This document shows, in pieces, positions 58,281 to 64,000 of a stretch of 64,000 nt of DNA. Both the position numbers and the translations under genes were made by a program. The DNA lies in the IMG/VR virus record IMGVR_UViG_3300028394_000069. One strand, 5' to 3'. This DNA is from an uncultured virus (IMG/VR IMGVR_UViG_3300028394_000069) (Duplodnaviria > Heunggongvirae > Uroviricota > Caudoviricetes). How positions within the stretch are numbered: the first letter of the stretch is position 1; the number at the start of each line of letters is the position of its first letter. The notes under the pieces were generated by a model that worked only from the letters and a program-made list of their open reading frames with translations, made no database searches and was not told where the DNA came from.

Positions 58281-58745
58281 CTATTTGATATTTTTCTTAG
58301 TTAAAAATGATTCTTTAAAAGCAGCATCGTACAGAGTATATTGACGGTCGCAAGCTTCAATCTCCCAGGGAAAGTTAAAATAAATATCATTACTGAGAGT
58401 ATATCTATGCTTTTCTCCTCCCCAATAAAAAAACTTATGATCACTTGTTAAGCGATTTTCATGATATTGTTCTGCATGCACTAACTCATGACATACTGTT
58501 GACAGAAGTTCATCTATTTTTCCTTTACGAGGATCTATTTCCACAGTATGAGTAGTAGAAACATATTGACCGATTAATGCGACATTGCGAATAGGTCTAA
58601 AATGTATCTTAATATCTTCAGGTATATTAACTAGTTCATATAACGTTTTAATATTAGGCTCGATAATTTTATTCAGTTTTTTTACTTTATTGAATAGACA
58701 TTTATATTTACCATGACGTATAGAGGTTGCAGCAGTTATAATCAT
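58281..58745 (-). CDS. HExxH metallopeptidase-like protein
   Basis: HELVHAEQ and PWEIEA motifs. Confidence 0.75.
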   Translation of the reverse strand: MIITAATSIRHGKYKCLFNKVKKLNKIIEPNIKTLYELVNIPEDIKIHFRPIRNVALIGQYVSTTHTVEIDPRKGKIDELLSTVCHELVHAEQYHENRLTSDHKFFYWGGEKHRYTLSNDIYFNFPWEIEACDRQYTLYDAAFKESFLTKKNIK

Positions 58746-58789
58746 TTAGTATATATTTATTATAGTCTAGTTCATTCTGGTTTGCAAAG

Positions 58790-60109
58790 TTAAATAGTGT
58801 GTTCTAATTCTTCCGCATCATCCGATTCCAAATCGACGATTCCATTATCTAGCGCTTCTGATTCTTTAAGATTAAACGCAAACGACTTAAGCTTAAGCGC
58901 TCTGAGTCCTTTGGTTTCATTTCGCAAACAAATACCTTCAGCAGGAACGCCAGTGTTACACTCTTTGCAGATTTTCTCCATATTAAACGAAGTTTTCAAG
59001 CATTTAAGAAATTCATCATGCCAATGAGATTCAAGCTGTAGATGAGGAAACAAATCCTTCGCTTGACCTTGGTAAAAGATAGGAACATGCTCTAGCTTAT
59101 TATCCTTGCAGAACTGAATGACCTCCTGCATTGAATACTCTGTTACTACGTTACTAGGAGACGTATGAGTCACTCGATAAACGACTACTTTAAATTTTCC
59201 AGGCTTGCAGCCATAAGTCCACTTACCCTGAATCTTACTTCCAGATGGAGTATAACCTACGATTTCCGCATAGATTTGAATTCCATCTGTCAGAGCATGC
59301 TCAATCGTTTTAAAGCCTCCGTGCCAAACATCTTCCTTGTAGTAATGATTGCTTTGCGCAATGAGAGATTTAATCACCGCACGACTAGCATAAACATTTT
59401 CGTATTCAGCTAATTGAACATTCAATCCGCAAAAATTCTTAATTTTCTCCCACCAGGATAAATTTCGCTTTAGTAAAACGCGACCACAGTTGAGACTAGT
59501 ACCGTGAAATTTATCGGAGATCACAATATAATCATCAGGATCAATCAAATGAATGTTATCAGCCAGCTTAGAGGTATCGTAGTGGAGATGATATTGACCT
59601 TCAATCAAACGACTTGGCAGTTTTTTTATTTTTTTACCTGCAATGCCTGGGATTTGCTTTTCGCGGATCAGATATTTCCTACACAATTCTTCACCATCGA
59701 TGGTATCAAAGGCGTGGTTATCAGCAACATTATCCCATTCGGAAACTTTAATTCCGCGCCAAGCCTCAAAATATTCTAGAGGACAAAACAATCCTTCACT
59801 TGGAACTTTCATGAATTTGATACACCGAACTCGTCGCTTATCGCCAAAGTATCCCTTCTTGGTCTGATCAACATTCAACATTTGGTCAGAATGAAGATTA
59901 TTTTTCGCTGCAAAGGATCCGGCTAGTTGACTCTCTACTGGAAAAAATACACCCTTATCACCTACTTTAGAGTCTTTTGAAACAATGACAAGATTACCGT
60001 TGATAACAGCATGCTGGATATTATTTGCACCCGGAATCGCCAGCAGCGTTTTCAAAGTAACGTAATGTGCAGCGTAATTTTCGCTGTTTTCGATAGTCAG
60101 TTTATTCAT
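58790..60109 (-). CDS. RNA ligase (Rnl2/DRB0094-like, N-terminal OB-like domain)
   Basis: IPGANNI, K.HGTS, YAEIVG, EGICLR and KLKS motifs. Confidence 0.85.
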   Translation of the reverse strand: MNKLTIENSENYAAHYVTLKTLLAIPGANNIQHAVINGNLVIVSKDSKVGDKGVFFPVESQLAGSFAAKNNLHSDQMLNVDQTKKGYFGDKRRVRCIKFMKVPSEGLFCPLEYFEAWRGIKVSEWDNVADNHAFDTIDGEELCRKYLIREKQIPGIAGKKIKKLPSRLIEGQYHLHYDTSKLADNIHLIDPDDYIVISDKFHGTSLNCGRVLLKRNLSWWEKIKNFCGLNVQLAEYENVYASRAVIKSLIAQSNHYYKEDVWHGGFKTIEHALTDGIQIYAEIVGYTPSGSKIQGKWTYGCKPGKFKVVVYRVTHTSPSNVVTEYSMQEVIQFCKDNKLEHVPIFYQGQAKDLFPHLQLESHWHDEFLKCLKTSFNMEKICKECNTGVPAEGICLRNETKGLRALKLKSFAFNLKESEALDNGIVDLESDDAEELEHTI

Positions 60110-60152
60110 TTTTAATTAAAGTTTTTATTATAACTTATTATATACTAGTTCA

Positions 60153-60578
60153 TTATGGTTTTGCAAAGTATACATCCATATATTCAGGTAAATTTGTATA
60201 AAATTTAAGAGATTTAGTACTGGCAAGATAGATATCAACGACGTACGCTTTACCTTTTGAAGCTTTCTTTTTTGTTACAGCGCTGCCTCTATCTTGTACA
60301 ATGAAAAGTCCATCATCTAAGATTCCTTTTAGTCTCGGAATAGATACCTTTGTGCCAAATTTAAAGTCAGGATGAGCAGCGACAGTCACTCCTTGAGTGG
60401 CTATCTTAACGCCTGGTGCAGACACTTGAGTGCCCCATTTTTTATCAGGAGTATAATAAGTTACACGACAAATAAGTTTTTTATATTGTGCCGTCCGTAC
60501 TGCAGTATAAGTGTTATGTTGAATGCTCTGGCAGGACGCAAGCAGAGTAGCTAAGCAAAGGCTAATTCGAGTTTTCAT
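60153..60578 (-). CDS. 3D-domain lipoprotein
   Basis: Lipobox LASC; VTYY, VAAHP..FGTKV, VQDRG and VDIY motifs. Confidence 0.8.
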   Translation of the reverse strand: MKTRISLCLATLLASCQSIQHNTYTAVRTAQYKKLICRVTYYTPDKKWGTQVSAPGVKIATQGVTVAAHPDFKFGTKVSIPRLKGILDDGLFIVQDRGSAVTKKKASKGKAYVVDIYLASTKSLKFYTNLPEYMDVYFAKP

Positions 60579-60581
60579 AGG

Positions 60582-61697
60582 TTAGATAGTTTTCTTCCAG
60601 ACGCTACTCTCACCGCGCCCAATTTTAACAAGTTTATTTGCATCAACAAGCTCCTTGAGAGTAAGGTAGGCTTGAGAAGGAGTAAGCTTAAATTTTTCAA
60701 TAATCAGATTTTTAGTAATAAGAGGAGGATCAAGCTCAAGAATTTCTTTCTCAATATCTTGCTTACGAGTCTTTTTAGATTTACCCATATCACCTTCACG
60801 TTTACCGGTGAATTGAAATCCGTTATAACCAAGAGTTGCAGAATAATCGTTCGTAGGACCGAACCGATTCTTATAGACTGAGAAGATTCGACCACTACTA
60901 TCTCCCTCTGTATCAGGCATAATTTGAATATTGACATCGACTGAGTGAGGTACCAGCGAGGATCCTTTCAGCTTACCGTCTTTAGTAAGGTGCATGATAA
61001 AGAATACAGCACACTCGTTCTCTTTTGCAGCTTTAATCAAAGCGCTTACAGCATAACGCTCAAGCTCAGCTTGATTGAGCTTATTCTTAGTAGTCAATGC
61101 TTGAAAGGAATCGATGACCAATACATCAAAAATTTTAGTCGCCTCAACCAACTCATCAATATCTTGAATATTAGCGATTTGAATATTTTTCACGTTCAAA
61201 CGGTTGCATGTAAAGGCGATCTGATATTGATTCTCTTCGCCAGAAGCATATCCAGTATTGTAACCGTTATTTGAGAGAGCTTCCATCAACTGCAAGAGGT
61301 AGGAAGTGTTATGATGAATAACACCATTCGGTGTTATATAGACATGAGGTGCATCAATTGATATATCATAAACTTCCGCATTTGTATTAACAGTTTGAAT
61401 TGAAGAAATTTTAGATGAACCATAAATCGTATCAACTGTTTGACAGTCTTTTACAAATTTACACTCACCTTCTTCAAAGACTAAATGCCGAGATGAAACA
61501 TTAAATTCATCTCCGTTTTCAAGCTTAACATTTACAATCTCATGTTCCGTTTTTTTAATATATCCTCTAATAGGTACTACTTCCTTTGTTGGTGTTAAGA
61601 CATAAAGTTGAGTATCTGTAAACTCGATATTATTAATATCATCACCAATGTTAAGGAATTCGAATAGATCTTTAAATGTTACCGTTAATGATTTCAT
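60582..61697 (-). CDS. RadA/Sms-like ATPase C-terminal part fused to a 130-aa C-intein
   Basis: VSSRH, VYDISI...Y.TPNGVIHHN|TS, then YASGEE, VIDSFQ, H.TKDG...G....HSVD and KNRFG. Confidence 0.9.
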   Translation of the reverse strand: MKSLTVTFKDLFEFLNIGDDINNIEFTDTQLYVLTPTKEVVPIRGYIKKTEHEIVNVKLENGDEFNVSSRHLVFEEGECKFVKDCQTVDTIYGSSKISSIQTVNTNAEVYDISIDAPHVYITPNGVIHHNTSYLLQLMEALSNNGYNTGYASGEENQYQIAFTCNRLNVKNIQIANIQDIDELVEATKIFDVLVIDSFQALTTKNKLNQAELERYAVSALIKAAKENECAVFFIMHLTKDGKLKGSSLVPHSVDVNIQIMPDTEGDSSGRIFSVYKNRFGPTNDYSATLGYNGFQFTGKREGDMGKSKKTRKQDIEKEILELDPPLITKNLIIEKFKLTPSQAYLTLKELVDANKLVKIGRGESSVWKKTI

Positions 61698-62691
61698 ATA
61701 GTTTATTTTGTATTGCTTTATTATTATATCGGAGTTCGTTATATCGGAGTTCGTTATAGTTTTTTTCCCAAAAAGTTACAACTTTGTAACCTAATAATTC
61801 AGCTATAATTTTTTTTTCTTTATCATGTTTCCATATTTCTTTTGCTGTTTTTTTTGTTATAGGGTTAATCCAATTTTCAGAGTATAATTCTGGATTAGCG
61901 TGCCATATATCACCATTAAATTCTAATATAATTTTAGCTGCATGATTAATAAAATCATATATAAAAAATTTGTTACCTGTATTTATATACCACTGAGATT
62001 GCCAATTATCTGACAGTAAATTCCGTATATTTTTTTCTGGTTTAGAAATTGAAGCATTTAATCGAGATGCAATAATATCGCAAGCTTTTGTATATCCATA
62101 CTGTTCTATTAACTGATGTCTGTTTCTTCCCTTACGAGGATTAATAGAAGGGTCACATTCTATAGCTAGCTGCATAGATGTTTGCCATTGATTATTTCTC
62201 TTATTTATTATAGCATCAACTTCACTATATGAGAAGCCTTTATTAAGGTAAAAATTGCGACCTCTAGCCTGTTGTTTTGCTGTATATAAGTTATTATCTT
62301 GTTTTGTTTTTACTGATTTTTTTACACGCTGTAACTTATTTGTATTTGAACGAGTAGTTTGGTGTTCTTTTATTATAAAATCTGATTCTTGCTTAGTATA
62401 GCCACGTAAAATATAATAATTTGACTGTAGGATTCCTGTTGCCTTCAGGTTATTGACAGTTTTCCATTTATTAAATTGAATCTCTAAATCCCATGCAGAC
62501 ATAGACTCTTTTGTTAAACAGCTATCGAAAAAACTCTTAACATGATTATAGTTTTTAAATGGTAAAAAGTTTAACCCCCTTTTTAAAGATATATCAATTA
62601 AAAAATCTTCTATATCTTTATAAGATATGCAATGTTTTATGACTGTTACATAGGCCTTTTTATTTTTTCGTATACGTTGAGTTATATTCAT
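61672..62691 (-). CDS. Vsr/DUF559-like homing endonuclease between the RadA halves
   Basis: SKPE...YDF...ILEFNGDIWH...D..K...GYKV..FWE motif. Confidence 0.85.
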   Translation of the reverse strand: MNITQRIRKNKKAYVTVIKHCISYKDIEDFLIDISLKRGLNFLPFKNYNHVKSFFDSCLTKESMSAWDLEIQFNKWKTVNNLKATGILQSNYYILRGYTKQESDFIIKEHQTTRSNTNKLQRVKKSVKTKQDNNLYTAKQQARGRNFYLNKGFSYSEVDAIINKRNNQWQTSMQLAIECDPSINPRKGRNRHQLIEQYGYTKACDIIASRLNASISKPEKNIRNLLSDNWQSQWYINTGNKFFIYDFINHAAKIILEFNGDIWHANPELYSENWINPITKKTAKEIWKHDKEKKIIAELLGYKVVTFWEKNYNELRYNELRYNNKAIQNKLYEIINGNI

Positions 62692-62714
62692 ATAACTATT
62701 TATGCCTGCGTGAG

Positions 62715-62978
62715 CTATTTGCCCGCTTTAGCGGCCAACCACGTTTGGAATTTATTAATAATATCGTCCGATCCAAAAATTTCAATAATCTCATTAGGAC
62801 CGTGACACTTACCGCATCCAGCTTGAGCCGTAAGGGTGGTAGCACTTCCAGGAAGAATACCTTCGCCGTACATTTCATCCATCTCTGCGATTCCCGTCTT
62901 GATACGATTGTAAAAGATACTAGGAATAGTAACATCAGAAACTTTTGTAAAGTTAGAAGAATGATTTAAGAGATTCAT
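62715..62978 (-). CDS. RadA/Sms-like ATPase N-terminal part fused to a 30-aa N-intein
   Basis: RIKTGI.EMD...G.GILPGS...L.AQAGCGK|CHGPNEIIEI. Confidence 0.88.
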   Translation of the reverse strand: MNLLNHSSNFTKVSDVTIPSIFYNRIKTGIAEMDEMYGEGILPGSATTLTAQAGCGKCHGPNEIIEIFGSDDIINKFQTWLAAKAGK

Positions 62979-63023
62979 TTTGATATATTGGGTTAATTAC
63001 TTTCTTAATTATATCGGAGTTCA

Positions 63024-63734
63024 TTACGATAGAGATTCTTTTTGATGCTCTTTCAATTCCAACTCTGCAAGAATTCTGCCTCGACACCAACGATCATCGC
63101 CGTATCCATTATAGTAGAACGCAATACTCTCATGAAAATGTCCTGTATAAATATGAGAAGCTTTACACTGTCTAAGCAGACTGTCAATATTATTTTTTTC
63201 TTCTACACAATCTGTATATAAATTAACGTCTTGTTTAGGAATATATTGAGGTGGTAGTGGAGACGGAAACAGCCACAAAGGAGCGCTATGCGTAACAAGT
63301 ACATCACATTCTTGAATTAATTCTGGCTTTAATACAAAAGCTTCATCAGGCCACCAACCTCCTCCTTCAGTCTGTCGACTATACCGATCGATAGAGTGAG
63401 CACCGCCTGCAAATAAAAATCGTTCATCGTTAATAACTTTTAACGTATAATCAGGAATTAATTCAAAGTTTGATAGTTTAAAGTTGTCGTTAAAAGGTTT
63501 AGGATCGTCGTGGTTACCTCGAATAGACAAGAAGGATATATTTCGTTTTTTAAAAAAACTATTTAACCATTTAATATTTTTACTTTCTTGCTCCGGAATG
63601 TCAAATCCAATGCCTAAATCACCGACGCAAATGAGATAACAATCGCGTAAATTAGCATTAATAATTTTTGATGTGAGATATGTAAATCTACCATGTACGT
63701 CTCCAAGTAAGCAAATTAAATTTTTAGATTTCAT
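63024..63734 (-). CDS. Calcineurin-like metallophosphoesterase
   Basis: GDVHG, VGD, RGNHD, GGA.SID, THSAP and GHFH motifs. Confidence 0.9.
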   Translation of the reverse strand: MKSKNLICLLGDVHGRFTYLTSKIINANLRDCYLICVGDLGIGFDIPEQESKNIKWLNSFFKKRNISFLSIRGNHDDPKPFNDNFKLSNFELIPDYTLKVINDERFLFAGGAHSIDRYSRQTEGGGWWPDEAFVLKPELIQECDVLVTHSAPLWLFPSPLPPQYIPKQDVNLYTDCVEEKNNIDSLLRQCKASHIYTGHFHESIAFYYNGYGDDRWCRGRILAELELKEHQKESLS

Positions 63735-64000
63735 TAATCTAATTATATTGTAGTTCGTTAACTCTTTACAATTTCTTTAGATATAGTTGTAGATTTAACC
63801 ATATATTGCGCTAGGCTAATTATGCCGCGTATGAAGTTATCACCTCCATTAAAAGCAATTACTAATTTTTCATCAATATTACTGATTTTTTTTATCTTAA
63901 ATTCAATGCGCTTAGTATAATCTTCATGAAAAGAGTAACCATTAAAAAATTTAAAAGCTAATTTATTAAAAAGAGAAAGAAGTTTAAAAGAAATCGTATT

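Overview
A 64-kb segment of a large, AT-rich T4-like (myovirus) phage genome. The host is Gram-negative (spanins, outer-membrane beta-barrel); a Verrucomicrobiota-like host is only a weak inference. Layout: (1-11.6 kb) head genes gp13, gp4, gp21, gp22 and gp23 interleaved with free-standing homing endonucleases and an endonuclease/methyltransferase pair that share a duplicated N-terminal domain; (11.7-14.7 kb) a 7-deazaguanine DNA-modification operon (TGT/DpdA-like, formyltransferase, kinase, QueF); (15-22 kb) gp5-like baseplate genes, nrdB, and nrdA fractured by a split intein around an HNH gene; (23.7-30.4 kb) lysis cassette, glycosyl/methyltransferases and thyX; (30.7-36.7 kb) probable internal head proteins, including a ~1600-aa duplicated polyprotein; (37-64 kb) a mostly minus-strand accessory region driven by a GAACT-N4-TATAAT promoter repeated about 30 times. 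That region holds 11 tRNAs plus one tRNA-like element (one tRNA has a group I intron, several are non-canonical), TilS, an RNA ligase, candidate structured RNAs, a 12-member array of S-V-x-x repeat microproteins behind a DUF6745-like gene pair, and a RadA/Sms-like ATPase broken by an atypically split intein. All family calls come from reading motifs by eye; no database searches were run.
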